DNA of 64,000 nucleotides from Octopus bimaculoides. Taxonomy: Eukaryota. Where the stretch lies: NCBI RefSeq assembly GCF_001194135.2, contig NC_068981.1, positions 152,597,398 to 152,661,397 of the forward strand, given 5' to 3'. Below the pieces are notes generated by a model that worked only from the letters and a program-made list of their open reading frames with translations, was not told the DNA's origin and searched no databases. Each line of letters begins with the position of its first letter. Position 1 is the first letter of the stretch. Below, one piece after another: positions 13,994-27,846 of this stretch. The position numbers and the translations under genes were made by a program.

Positions 13994-16301
13994 GGTGGAC
14001 AGCAAAAAAAAAATCAGAAAGTACTGAAATAAATAAAAACAATATACAGATATCTTATACACAGATTACGCAAAGATACATTAACAATAAAGAAACAGAA
14101 AGCAAACACAGGTCAAAGATTAGCGACCAGTATGCTTATGATTTCTAACTGACACGAGAACATAAGTTTCTTGAGGTGTATACTCAATTGAATCAACTCC
14201 AGTGTATTGCTGGTTTGTATATTATGAATTCTGAGGGATGAAAAGCTTAACAGACCACAGCAAATTTTAAATTAGAATCCAAGAAGACATACCAAAACAC
14301 AGCTATTATTTAGCTTGGCATTTTACAAGTTCTGCCATTCCATATGTAAATATGTGGCAGAATGTGCATCTCGAGTGGGATGGGCTACTCAGCCTGAAAA
14401 AAATTCTAAGTGGGCCCCACCTTCAAAATCATGTGGCATTTGCCTTGATATGAAATCACCAGGTAGTGATGCATGTGCCTGGTGTACTCTTATCAGACAG
14501 GTAGTTATGATAGTTATGTTGAGCTTCGCATATTTGTTCTCCCGTGTCACTTTGATGGCATGTGCTGCTCTCTCAATAATAAAGCACTATAGATATAAAC
14601 ATTGTCTCCCATGTTTCATAGTATATTCATAAAACTGTAGCAATAAAACTTTCTCATTCTTCTTACGTTACGATACAATATCCATACTCCTGCATAAGTA
14701 AACTCAAAAATATTTATAAATACCAAAAATACTTTCAAAATGATTTTGTATTAAACAAAGAACTGCAACACATAGCTTTAATATTTGTGCCACCAAGTAG
14801 ATTTACCTATAAAATTGCAGGTGTAAATATTAGTTCCTCTTTAAACAGTATTCAAAGATAGACTAAATGATTTTGTTTTCTTCAAAAGTAATGAGAATTA
14901 TAAATTCAATTCATAGCAACTAATATTTGACTGGTTTAATTTATATTCTCTGTTGGTTAATAAATCTGTATTACTGACAAGCTAGGGCAGCCATAAAAAA
15001 TAATATGTGATATGTGGCATCAACAGACATTAAGAAAGTAATAGACAGAAAAAGATGAAAGCCACTGAAAAAAACAGCTGAAAAGAATTATATATTCTTA
15101 TCAAATTAGAAAAAAATGCATGATAATGTTTAACAATGGTTTTATTTACATTCTCAGTTGGTCAAGCAGAGACAAACTAGAGTGACCATTAAAAATAGTA
15201 CACATATGAGGCTTTGATTTTGACATGAAAAATACACACAGAAACAGTAAACAAATAATTTGAAAATGAACACTGCATTATGTGTGAAGACTGGATTGTA
15301 GAACAAACAGATCTCATTAGATATCTAGTGTTTATATATTAACACACATGTTTATGCATATATGTGTAGAGTGATTCTGTTTAGTGTGGAGAAGTATACA
15401 TAATGGTTAAAAAAGTTCAATGTCATTGGTAGAAATGGTTATGAAAAGGCTAGGAAATCTGAGGTTGGTAAAAGATGGTCTGGTGAGTTCAGGGAAATTA
15501 CTGTGAGAACTTAACAGCAACTCTGCCAGTTAAAGATATGATTAAGACGATCACTGTTCTGCACGGTGGTATTTGGTTTGATGATAAAAGCTTTACGTGA
15601 ATTGAGAATTTCACAGCTAGTCTCTAATATGTTGCTGCTAACTTATTTGTGATATCCACTACCAGAAATAACTGTGATTACTGTTATCATTACTGGAGTA
15701 CAGCAACTCTAGATTGTGGGTATTAGTCCACTACTCTTGGTTAGGTTAACCACAGGTAACAATAACAGCTGGCAAGCTCCTCTGCAATAGCCTCGACCAG
15801 CATCACTTGTTAATGCAACATCAGTCTAACTTATTGAGTGGCTTCAAAGGTGTTGATGTTGGCACAACTGCTGATAAAGTAAGTGTACAAGATGATTGGT
15901 TCAAAGGGTGATGATGAAAGTACATTGCTTGACACCTGTGCTTCTGGGTGGATGAACAGACTGGTGCAGCAGTAAAAAAAAAAAGTGGAATGATAGCACT
16001 GACGCCAGCTGGTCTGAAGTTATATTATTCAGCCCTCTATGAAATCAAACAGCCAGTCTGTGAATTTACAGTCATGCCATTGGAACGCCAGGATAGAACG
16101 TACCCTAGACTATTTAAGTAAAAGTTATATCTCTTACAAATCATAATATAAGAGCTAGTAAGAATTATTTCGCAGACTTAAGATTAAAACAGGTGTGAAG
16201 CAGATTTTTATTTCGTTATTTTGTTTCTTTCATTGTAACATCATACAACTCAAGATTATACACAAAGTGGGTTGCATGCTTCTGAAGCGAATAACTATCT
16301 T

Positions 16302-16342
<41 letters not shown>

Positions 16343-16382
16343 CANNNNNNNNNNNNNNNNNNNNNNNNNNNNNNNNNNNNNN

Positions 16383-16420
<38 letters not shown>

Positions 16421-17663
16421 GTATTTCAAAACTATTAGTAAATAAATGCATAATTCAAGGCCCGGAATTCAGTATTTTTTAGTTAAATTGTGTCCCTTGT
16501 TCATATTGTCATAATTATTTTACAGAATGATTTTCAAATATACGTATTAATTCATGTTCAGTTTCACTTCAAGCAACTGTTTTGGAAGCCCCATGTACAG
16601 TAAATACGCAGTTTGGAGGAAAAAAAAAACATGTATCATGCACGTTTTTATAGTCGTTCCACTTAAATGTAAAAAACAAAAAACTACCAATTTAACTTAA
16701 AGCGTTTTCAAAGGATTATAACTAGAAACATCCGAGTTTTTTTCAACAGTTATTTCTCACTGCGTTATTTCATATGTAAATAATAAATTATCAAGAGACA
16801 CTATTAAAAACGAAGTCAATTTATCTAAAGCTCATCACTGCATGATTTAGCTAAGGAGGAATTGAAATCAGCATTGCAAACAGCCATAACTACATCATAA
16901 ATACTAGTATTACTCCTCAGTACTTTTTCAGTTGTCATTCTACAAAAGTATATTGAAGTACTTCTCACATTAATAAAGGAGTTGCTTCTACACACAAACT
17001 TCTTCGACAGGAATCTAAAAATGCCATCTAACTGTCTGGCATATATTTGCCAACAACCATTAAAAATGTGCAGTTCTTTTGCAACTAAAATAGCCTTTGC
17101 CCATCCGATGTAGCTAGTTTTCTGCAGTCTTGATGTACCTATCTCTGCTCCTTTCACCATATTATTTCTCACTTTCCAGGTTTTGCACTAAACATGTCAC
17201 CCAATACTTTTGTTATAACTGCTCCTCTCAATCAAACTACAGACACTGAGGAAGTACAAAGCTTCAAACTAAGCATCAACATTCATCAATCTCAATAATC
17301 TCTGAGGACCCTTTAATGTCATAAGCGTGACTCCTCACCTGATCATCTAACACTGTAACAAATAATAATTTCTAAACTACTTCTCAGCAAATAAAATCTA
17401 CTCTCAACAAATTTCTAACCGTTGAGCACTGATATAGCATGAGGTGTAATAGTGGTTTAATCTAACAAGTTAAGTAAACAACACAATAAGGTAATAAGAG
17501 TGTATACATAATTTGTATTTGCTGAATATTACCTGAAAAATAATCTTTAAAAAGAAATTTACACTTAATGTTATGCTTCAATCTTTGTTAAACATTCGTA
17601 ACTGGAATGACATGCTATGGTCCATAAATATGTATGTCTGTGTGAACGTAGGCAATGACAAAT

Positions 17664-18733
17664 TATGAGAGTCACCTGAAAAGTTCATAGGCTGACCAAG
17701 ATACTCTCAAGAAATGACCAAGTGAAATTTACTTTTCAATGTAATCCTCCTCATGGTCCATACACTTCTATCAGTATTGCAGTGCTTGGATCCCATTGGT
17801 GAAGAAACTTTCATCATGTTGGTTAAAGAAGTCATTAACAGCAGGTATGACATCATCATCACTATGATACTACTTCCCATGTTAGGGAACAGGTGATAGT
17901 CAGATGGGGCCAAATCAGAAGAGGGAGAGTGATCAACAGTGATGCATAGCTGCCATTGAAAGCAATGATTTGTGTACTGGAGCATTATCCTGATGAAACA
18001 AGAGCCCTTTCATCAGTTTTCCTGGGTGTTTGGTATTGATGGTGCAGTCCTTCTGAAGATAGTCAACAAACACAATGCCTTTTGTATCCCCAAAAAACTG
18101 AGGTTATCACCCTTCCTGCAGACGAAATGACCTTGGCCTTCTTGGAGCAGGTGAGGAGTGTTTCCACTACATGAATTCTGGCTCAAATGTTGAACTCAAC
18201 ACTCATCATGAGTCAGGAAACCAACAGGATCTGTCTCAAACAATGTCTGATTTTTCCATGATGTGATCAGCTTGATGCACTTTTGATCAGGTGTCAGAAA
18301 ATGTGACATCCACTGAGCAGAAACTTTCGTCGTGCCAAGTACATTGTGCAGAATATTCTCATCTCTATTGGGATATGCTAACAACATTGGCTATTTGATT
18401 TATAGTCAATTGCCTGTCATCCATCACCATGTGATGGACAAAATAAATATTTTCCTAAGAGGTGACAGTTGTAGGACATTCAGACACCATCTTCAAAACT
18501 CTTCTTTCCCATCCTAAATTCAGCTGCCCACTTTTGCAATGTTGATAAAGCTGGAGAATCATCCCCTAATGTAGCAACCATGTCAGCAAGAATGTCCAAC
18601 ACCACAATGCCAAATTTTGTCATTTTCAAGAGAAGTCACTGCAAGTTATTTTTGAAATCTTCTTCAAACAGCCAGAAAGCTATAGCATCACTCCTTCATA
18701 GTCAGCCTATGAACTCAACAGTACACCCTTGTA
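17664..18733 (-). mobile_element. Decayed mariner (Tc1/mariner) transposon
   Basis: TA-flanked TIRs (aagttcataggctgac / gtcagcctatgaact). Remnants HSPSSDLAPSDYHLFPNM (YSPDLAPxD motif) and ILHNVLGTTKVSAQWMSHFLTPDQK (WVPHEL region). Confidence 0.9.
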
Positions 18734-19944
18734 TGGGAAGGAGTATTTTCATTGTAATAATTTAGCCATTTCTTCATATTCTGCCAGCATAGCCCACTAA
18801 GTTTTACTAAGCCTGTCTATAACATTAATATTAAATTAAATTCTTAAACAGTCTATTCATGGGGAAATCTAAATGTTGATTGTGTAACAAAATATTCATT
18901 TATACTGAGCTAAATGAATGAACACTCAACTAAGATGCAACATGTTAATTCCACTTTCATTGTTAAAGTTACCAAATCTTTTGATAATCATTTAAGTTCT
19001 TATGACAGTTCAGAATAAGAGATAGCTGGCACTACAACAGATACTAATATGAGTATACCTGTATGAAGGTGTTAAGAATGTATCACCAATTGTTTGGCTC
19101 AAAAATAGTAGATTAAGAATGTGTGCTGATTACAAGGTACATTTAAGTGACAAGACTCAAACTTTCTTGTTCAAGTCCTCATCATGAAACAGTGTTTACA
19201 GACATGCAAAGAGAAAAATTGTCTTCCTCAATAGATATAAAAATGCATGGTAGTAGACTGATGAGGATGAGGGCTCTTAAGAGATGGTGTGCAATAAATA
19301 CAAGCAAGTGGTCTTTAGTCAATTTGGGTTTCAAAATAGCTGTCCCATTGGAGTCTATACTGAAGAGAATAAACGGCATAGTTACCTATCAAAACGGTAT
19401 GTTTCTTTTTGCAGCAACCTAGCATTAAGAATAGAGGAAATGCAATTACTGCTAGATGGAAAGGAGCCAATGTATCAATTAATCTAATGAAATACATTAA
19501 AATTATGCATTTTCCAGAGATTTCCAAGGAATGAATTTTCTAAAGTTGAGATCAAATTATTATATAGTCATGAGAAGATCCTAAAAGATGAAACTGGAGA
19601 AATTTAGAGTTGATAATCTATCTTCATTTTATACTAATATTTGCAGACAGCTGAAACTCTTATTACAGCAAAAGAATATATTTACTTATGAGAAAACATA
19701 AAAATTAGCCTTGAAACTTTGTATACCAGAGACCAATCATTAACCATTGTAATTAATTTTTTCTAAAGAGAGTAAATTTTCTAGAAAGTTTCTCAGGTCC
19801 ACAGATGGGACTTTATATTATTACATGAATTCAAATCATTCACATATCTGGTGAAAATCAATCACCATTTACATTGATCTTCTAACATGACTAAATATGA
19901 CTCACATCAGTTCTTCACAAAAACATATTTTCACATTGGTGATG

Positions 19945-20970
19945 ATGGATTAATTTTTCTGATGCTAATACAGCTGAATATATTAAAAATAATTTTAACA
20001 TTTCCAACCTTTATATTCACATAAAGAACTGAATTGCTAGAAAAAGTAGCTCCAGACTAACTCATTTAGAACAATAATTGGAAGACTTCACAGCAGAGAA
20101 TTATCCTACTTTTAATACAAATAGGCTACTTATTGTGCAAAAGTTTTCTACAATTCATAACATACACATAAATATTTAAGAAAGCAACAGCTTGTGTTTG
20201 GTGAGTCCATTTTAGTTGAGTTTTATCATAATTTGTGACTAACATGCTAAAATCAGATTTGAAGGCACTCCTTGGCCTGGCAAATGGTCTGAGTCACAGA
20301 CTTGGAAAAATTACATATAGCCCGGAGATGTAAAAGAATGATGATAATATATTGGTCATAACTGACTCACCTATTGTTCCAGTAGAAGATAGGAAAACTG
20401 AGGTGCTGATTTTTTGTTTTCCCCTTCGATTTGGAGTTCCAATTACAATGCTAGCATTATTCAAAGGAGTGATTTTCTGATGCTCATACAGTTGAATATA
20501 TTAAAAATAATTTTAACATATACAACCTTTATATCAACATAAAGAACAGCATTGCTAGAAGAAAGAGCTCCAGACTAACTCTTTCAAAACAATAACTTAG
20601 ACTTCACTGCAGAGAATTATCCTACTTTTAACAAAAACAATTAATCCTGAAACTTATTGTGCAAAAGTTTTTCTACAATTCATAACACATACACAAACAC
20701 TTAAGAAAGCAACAGCTTGTGTTTAGTTGAGTTTTATACATAACTTGTGACTAACATGCTAAAATCAGATTTGAAGGCACTCTGTGTACTGATAAATGGC
20801 TTGAGTCACACAGACTTGGAAAAATACATATAGCCTGAAGATGCAAAAAACATGATGAGAATATATTGATCATAGTTGACTCAGCAACTGTTCCAGTAGA
20901 AGCAAGGAAAACTAAGGTGCTTATTTTTCATTTCTCCCTAGATTTCAGGTTCCAATGACAATGTTAGCAT
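19945..20970 (+). repeat. Tandem duplication of a roughly 510 bp unit
   Basis: ttttctgatgct(a/c)atacag(c/t)tgaatatattaaaaataattttaaca starts both units (near 19955 and 20475). Both end gttccaat(t/g)acaatg(c/t)tagcat. Confidence 0.9.
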
Positions 20971-21789
20971 ACAATGAGTTGGAATTTATCCAATTAAAGG
21001 AGTGAATAAATTGACATAATTGCAAGAAAATGGAAATTATAATTAAAAATTTAATGGTGCAGTAGAAAGAACAACGAAAGCAATAAAAATAAACATTGAA
21101 AGTTTTCAATTTGTAGACATCATACTATGTGCAAGTATCGTTAATTGAGAAATTACTTGATAGTCAGTTAACAAGGTTGGGCAAATGGTTCATTACAAGA
21201 ACAATATAATTGAGTTTCCATTAGATACATGTTATTCAATCCATGCTGGTAGAAGCATAGTCTGAATTAGATGTCAACATTGTTTTCACATCCACTTTCT
21301 CATGCTCACGCAGATTGAATGAACTTTGTTGAGACTGACTTTCGACAGCAAGATGCACCTACTGCTGCCAACCCACTCCTGTTTCCAAGTCAGGTAATAT
21401 TTTCTCTTGGCTGGAAATGTTTTCAAAAATGATTGGAAATGAAGGACACCCCTTGTATGATGGTTTATAACTATCATGCATTAACACACACAAAGGAATC
21501 TCAAAGGAATTCAGAAGCCACAAAGATATAATGACTATTACAGTTTAACTGTTACGGTTAGATTAATATATTTAGTGTTCTAACAACTTACTTATTTCAT
21601 TTGCTAACACACACACACACACAGCATTTAACACTCCACCTTATGTGGTTAGTTATTCAAATTCATAATACTAGCCTCAATGACTTAAAACTATTTAGTT
21701 TTAATTAATACAAATTAACCTTTGTCAAAAATGAACTCTATTAATTGTAAATTTAAACTGTCAAAAACTGATTGAAGTTAAAAACAAAG

Positions 21790-21973
21790 TTAACCCTTTC
21801 GTTACTGTATTTATTTTGAGATGCTCTGTGTTTCTTTCAATTACTTTAAATATGACAAATAATTTAGTGAAATAAATTGTAACTAAGGTTTGGTGGAAGA
21901 TTTTAATTCAAAACTTATAAAAACAAGACATTTATACTCAGAGCCAGAGCTGGGTTGGTAATGAAAGGGTTAA
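21790..21973. mobile_element. piggyBac-like MITE
   Basis: TTAA|CCCTTTCGTTAC ... GTAATGAAAGGG|TTAA. Confidence 0.8.
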
Positions 21974-23943
21974 GCTGATGATTCCAAATCAAGATTGAAA
22001 CAAGTCTAAAAATTGTCATACATCTCCCAAAGATTAGAATGTCCTTTTATCACTCATGAATTTATTCATAATTCCTTGAAATTATCTCTTCTTCTTATTG
22101 AGTCAATAACTATTGTCATTAGGTTTTTGATTTTTCTTCTGTGAGGAAAATTTTAATAAGGATTTACATGTACAACATTCAGTACACACCATCCTTCACT
22201 TTATATATATGATGGACTCTCCCATCAAACAAGACATATGAGCATTCAGCTTTTGCCAAATGACCTGCACAAACGATTTGTTTATAATGACTAAATGTAT
22301 GTGTTGTACATTAGCTCACTCCCTCCATCAAATCAACGTTTTCCGAACCATGCGTCAGGTGTTAAAGTGATCACAGAGCAACATGAGATGAAGTGTTTTG
22401 CTCAAGAACAGAATGCACCACCCAATCTAGGAATTGAAACTATGATTTCGCGATCATGAGTACAATACCCTATAGACGTGACTGTGTGCTAAGAGGTTTG
22501 CCTCCCAACCATATGGATGGGTCAAGCTCCACTTCATGGTACCTTGGGCAATTGGATTTGATAGATGGAAACAGAAAGAAGCCTGTCATTCATTCATGTA
22601 TGTATGTGCATAACTATCAACTTGCCCAGACTTCATGTAAATGTTGTCTTTCATTTCTAATCTTCCTTGAAAACATGACTAGTCGTAGGGAATATTACAG
22701 ATAAGGGGCTGGCAATAAGAAAGGCATTCAGATGTACAAAATCCACCACAATAAATTCTATCTGATCTATGCAAGCACAGAAAAATGGATCTAAAAAGAT
22801 GATGATGATATGTACATACAAACACTTTAAAAGTAACAGATTCTTATATTCTATTTAACTTTTTTGACAACTATTTGTGCTAACATTTTCATTTGCAGCC
22901 AATAAATTTCTTAAAATAGACCAACCTATCTTTATAAGTTATTACAACCCAATTGGGTAGTCTCACATCACTGATTCTATTTTATGTTCCTATCCTAATG
23001 ATGATGATAATCATCATTGCTTAATGTCTTTTTTCATGTTACTACAAGTGGGATAGTTCAACAGGAATGGAGGCACCAGAGGACTGTACTGAGCTGCAAT
23101 ATCTGTTTTAGAATAGTTTCAATGGTTGGATGCCCTTCCTAATGCCAACCACTTTACAGAGTATACTGGACACCTTTCCTGTGCACCAACACTAGTGAGG
23201 CCACAGAGTAACTTGCAAAATAAAACTCTCTCAACAGTGTAGCATTGAGAAGTGGCTTTATGCCAGGTGTTTAAGAGATTAAAGTATGATAGAGGGTTAG
23301 GAACTGGTGTCTTGCTGAAGAGGAGATACATGGTTTCCCCAGTAGGAAAGAGAGAATAGAGACTTATAATCAGAAATGGTGGGTGAGTAACTTTGTGAGT
23401 ATGAGTGTGACAGATAGTTAAAGATGGGAATACAAGTGTGTAGTGAATAATCAATATACATATTATCTTTGTAGAGTCTAGGATAAAGATACTGACTTAT
23501 ACATCACAAAATTAGCTTAAATAGTTTATTAAGCTTTTATCACAGCACAATAATTATAACTGCTTATGCACATGTAGCGAGAAAGGCTCTTCTACCACTC
23601 ATCCAGATAATGAAGTTCAGTTCACTAGAACCCCCAAATTACCTCCCTTCAACTATAAATGACATTTTACTTGTTTGTTGAGAGCCTCAGATCCCTAAAA
23701 ATAAGTGTTTTTTTCTTCTTACTAAAAAGCACTTTAATCGTTTATTTATGTATAAGTTCACTTTCATGTCTATCTCCTACAGTTCCAACTATAAGCCACT
23801 TTAACATTATATAATGGCATATACATACACATACATTAGAACAAGAATCCTCAATTTAGTTGATATTGTTACAATGTTTCATTTGTTGTGCCCTCCAGCC
23901 TTCTTCAGGTACCAGTTATAATTCATAATGAGTTTGGAACCAT

Positions 23944-24368
23944 TATTTACATTTGATGGATATTTGTCCTCCACCTGTTTGTTGTTAATACAATGTTTCG
24001 GCTGATATACCCTCCAGCCTTCATCAGGTGTCTTGGGGAAATTTCGAACCTGGGTTCTCATTATTCTTAAGGTATTTTTTGATGTTATTATTATTCAGGT
24101 CACTGCTTGGAATCGAACTCAGAATCTTGGGGTAAGTAGCCTGCACGCAGGCATATGGCGTAATAGTTAAGCGTGCAGGCTACTTACCCAAAGATTCTGA
24201 GTTCGATTCCAAGCAGTGACCTGAATAATAATAACATCAAAAAATACCTTAAGAATAATGAGAACCCAGGTTCGAAATTTCCCCAAGACGAAGGATGGAG
24301 GGTATATCAGCCAAAACATTGTGTTAACAACAAACAAGATGAGGACAAATGTCCTTCAAATGTAAATA
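23944..24368. repeat. Head-to-head inverted pair of a tRNA-headed repeat with a Penelope-like tail
   Basis: Inner arms 24030-24148 and 24171-24289. A-box-like TGGCGTAATAGTTAAG and B-box GAGTTCGATTCC. Tail GAAGG.TGGAGGGTATATCAGCC.AAAC, also present at 56775-56865. Confidence 0.85.
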
Positions 24369-26474
24369 ATGTACATAATTCCTCATCTCTTAAATATAGA
24401 ACTGTAATTTGGAACCAATCCGTTTATTAAACCCATGAGGGCAGATTGTTCTTTTTATTAGTAATTCTGCAAGTTATGATGCCACTAATTTATTACTTTC
24501 AAGCAGAAGGATAAAACTGATGCTCACTTGCTGAACTAAGGTATTTAACAGTTGATCAACACTTACACTCACTACCCTGTTGTCCTCTAGGACATTTAAG
24601 ACCACTAAGGCCCAATCTTTTTAAAAGAGTTTCTTTCTTTTTCTTTCTAAGTTTAAAGCTAATCTAATATCTAGAAATTGTCCTCTATGACAATGGAATA
24701 GTGACTATAAGTGTTGTTGATCAAGTGTTAAGCATCATAAGTTTAGCTCGTGGGCAGGAGCTCAATATCCATGAGCCAGACACATGAAATATATATATAT
24801 ATATATATATAAACGCTTTCTAGTTGAAAGACAACCAACTAGCAGCATTACAATATTTCTGGTAAATACAGCAAAATTAGAACAATCAACCCCTGTGGAT
24901 TTTAATAAAGAATTTAGTCCCAAATTTTGAGACCATGACTAATTTTTCTTTTAACTTGTTAGGTTCAGGGAAAGGTTTAGTATTCATGGCCTTTGAAGGC
25001 TATGAGTAGGTGGTGAAATCCATGACATCAATATTCCTCTTAAACCTTTATAAGTAAAATATAGAAGTGGGAAATCCAGGTTGTGGGAAAGGAAGGTTTG
25101 GGAGTTGTGATTAGAGGCAGGCCAGGATGGGAGTTGGACACAACTGTACAGTAAATACTATGATGTATATATTAGACACATACACAAAATCCATGCACAG
25201 CACGAGATGGGTGTAAATAAAACGGCTTGCCGTTTCTATCTTGAGTTGGTCCTTTTTAGGTGTGCAGCTTGGATAACAGAAATGAACCCTGATGCACAGA
25301 CATAACACGAGTGAAGATTTGTACTTACTGCAGCAAAATAATATAACAGTAAATAAGATCGTGTCTGTGATTAGTTGGAATATTTAATAAAAGCTTTGAA
25401 ACTGCATTATAAAGTTTCAGAGATAAAAACCCAGCCAAAGGATATGATAATCCAAGAAAACTCCCGTCGAAGTTTGGTATACCATACAAAAATAGGGAAG
25501 ATGCTAATAGTTTAAAAATCTGAAACTACTCTGAAATAAATGTGAATATTATCTCTAGAAACTTTTTTTGCTTGTTTTTAATATACTAAAAATAAAAACA
25601 AAAATCCTAGATTAATTAAATAAAATTGTTCGTATTAGAAAAAGAAGTTCATTGAATTTTTAATTGAAATCGCGAATCAACAACTGAAGAGGGAAAACGA
25701 ATTAATTGTAAAATATTTTTTACGAAGTTTATAAATTAAAATCCAAACCCAAAACAAATATGTTTTAGATTTAACGTGTGATCAACATTTCTTCATAAAC
25801 GTTGATTAAACAATACTATCATACACTGCATTAGTTGGAGTTAGTTTCCAAAGAAAGTGTTAGAATGCTAAGAAAAGAGAGTTAACCCGACAATCAGAGT
25901 TCATTATAACTATTAAAAAAAAATACAAAACAATATAATGATGGTTGAGTAATAAAACTAGCGAATTGGTTTGTATTGAAGTTAAGTTTCAATACATTTC
26001 TTCGAAGGACCCTTGCGCCCGGAAAGCCCAGCCCTCAACTTTCCTTGAAGTACACGAAGTGATCTTGGTTTACATCTACATGGAGTTCCGATACATAATT
26101 CATTCATAATTCTTCATCAGTTCTACTCAACACTAGAAACTAGGTGTATCCTGTTTGAAGCAAAGAGAACGTTAAAGATTGAAACAATATGCGTTAATGA
26201 ATGAAATGACAGCAACAGGTGTTTGTGTTTATCATTTACAAACGATATTTATATAACGTCAGGTCGACGACGTTCTATTCTATTTTCTTTCGTTTTAAAG
26301 TATCTAAAAGCCTACATACGTCTATAAACTAATTATTTCTAATAAACTTTAACAAATCGATTAAATAAAATTGGGAAAAAAAACAAACAATAATGAATAT
26401 ACGTTAATTATGTAATTATATAGGAAAGGATTTGCTAAAATGAAGAAAAAAAAAAGATGCAAGTTTCATTTTAC

Positions 26475-26582
26475 CTTAATCGCAGGTGATTCTAACAATT
26501 CTAAACAGAAGTATGAAGGGGCGGAAAGGGGCTTCTCGTGTCCATTTTTTTTAATTTGACCCTCTTTTTTTTGTTTTAAATC
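26475..26582 (-). other. Candidate 5'UTR exon of Pcl (108 nt)
   Basis: Long polypyrimidine tract plus AG (gtctctctttagttttttag) and AAG|GTAAAA donor, inside the CpG-retaining zone upstream of the coding exons. No transcript evidence. Confidence 0.35.
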
Positions 26583-27846
26583 CTAAAAAACTAAAGAGAG
26601 ACAAAAACTGTTTTACACAGCCTGCTGTTATTTCAAACATACTGTCTTCAGGGTTTCAAAACTTTTAGGGACACACACACACACAACTATATATATATAT
26701 ATATATATATACATTCATGTATAACTGTTCACGAGTAGTGGTGACAGTTATTACATACAGTGAAATAATGATCCTTTAGCATAGGATCAAAGAAGCGATC
26801 ATTTATTCTACAACGCAATTAAAATTACAACAGCTGTACAATACGGAAAATATTGGAGACGTACGAAAATAGATAAGTAACTAGAAATTGTATGAATGAT
26901 GGATAAAGCAACAAATACAAAGTCGCAATATGTGTCAAGAAAAAAATCTAAGAATCCACCCACTCAGCATTAAGATATTAACTCAAAAACAGAGGGTACG
27001 TATGAGTTGATATAGGGAGAAACGTTTATAGTACAATGCATTCTACACAATGTAGATGTTATTCGGACGACGGAATATGAAATAAGGGAAAGTAGTCTTA
27101 TTATATAATACATGAATTTAACGATCTGGGGGCAGATGAAAATGTCATCAATAAATATTATGTCGGTAAACACGGGGTTAATTGGAATAAATCTACATGA
27201 ATGTACGATCTAATTCTGTTTGATGAATAGTCAAAGTTTACAAATAGTGAGCAATTAAATGAATTTAAATTACCAATGTACATGTGTGTGTGTGTGTATC
27301 CATATATATATATATATATATATATGTATACACACACACACATCATAAAGGGTTTGTTTATCAAGGCGATAGGATTACAAAAATGATATTTTTTAAATAT
27401 TACAAATTATTTTGTTACCTTTTTCTTAACTGATGAGAACAGACAGCTTACATAGAACGACAAGAAAATACTGATCAGTTTATGTGGGTGCCACAGTCCA
27501 CCTTCATTTTACGACGAAGAATACATCCAGTTATAGCAGGTTGGAATTGTAAACGACAAAAATCAACAGAAATGAAGACCGAAACAAAACCACTTGAATA
27601 ATATCATGCATTATTTGAATCAGGAAACTCTAACAAGCATTCAATGTTAACTCCCTGAACAAGTGTAGTACAATGACGGAATGATATTGGTCGATCTACG
27701 AAGGAATCGTGTCACCTCCGAAGTCCTGTCTACATCAGTCGACAACAACTATAACATGTTAGGATCGATATTAAACCGAGAAATAATAACATAGCATTAA
27801 AAACAACCAATCAACCATAATATATGAATGAAAAATTCATGTTTAC

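Noticed and set aside
15520-16080. Coding-looking composition in the Pcl upstream intron
   Set aside because: Stops in the frames I read and no recognisable motif. Left unassigned.
24155-24225. tRNA-like sequence with A and B boxes
   Set aside because: No acceptor-stem closure, and it runs into repeat body. SINE-type head, not a tRNA gene.
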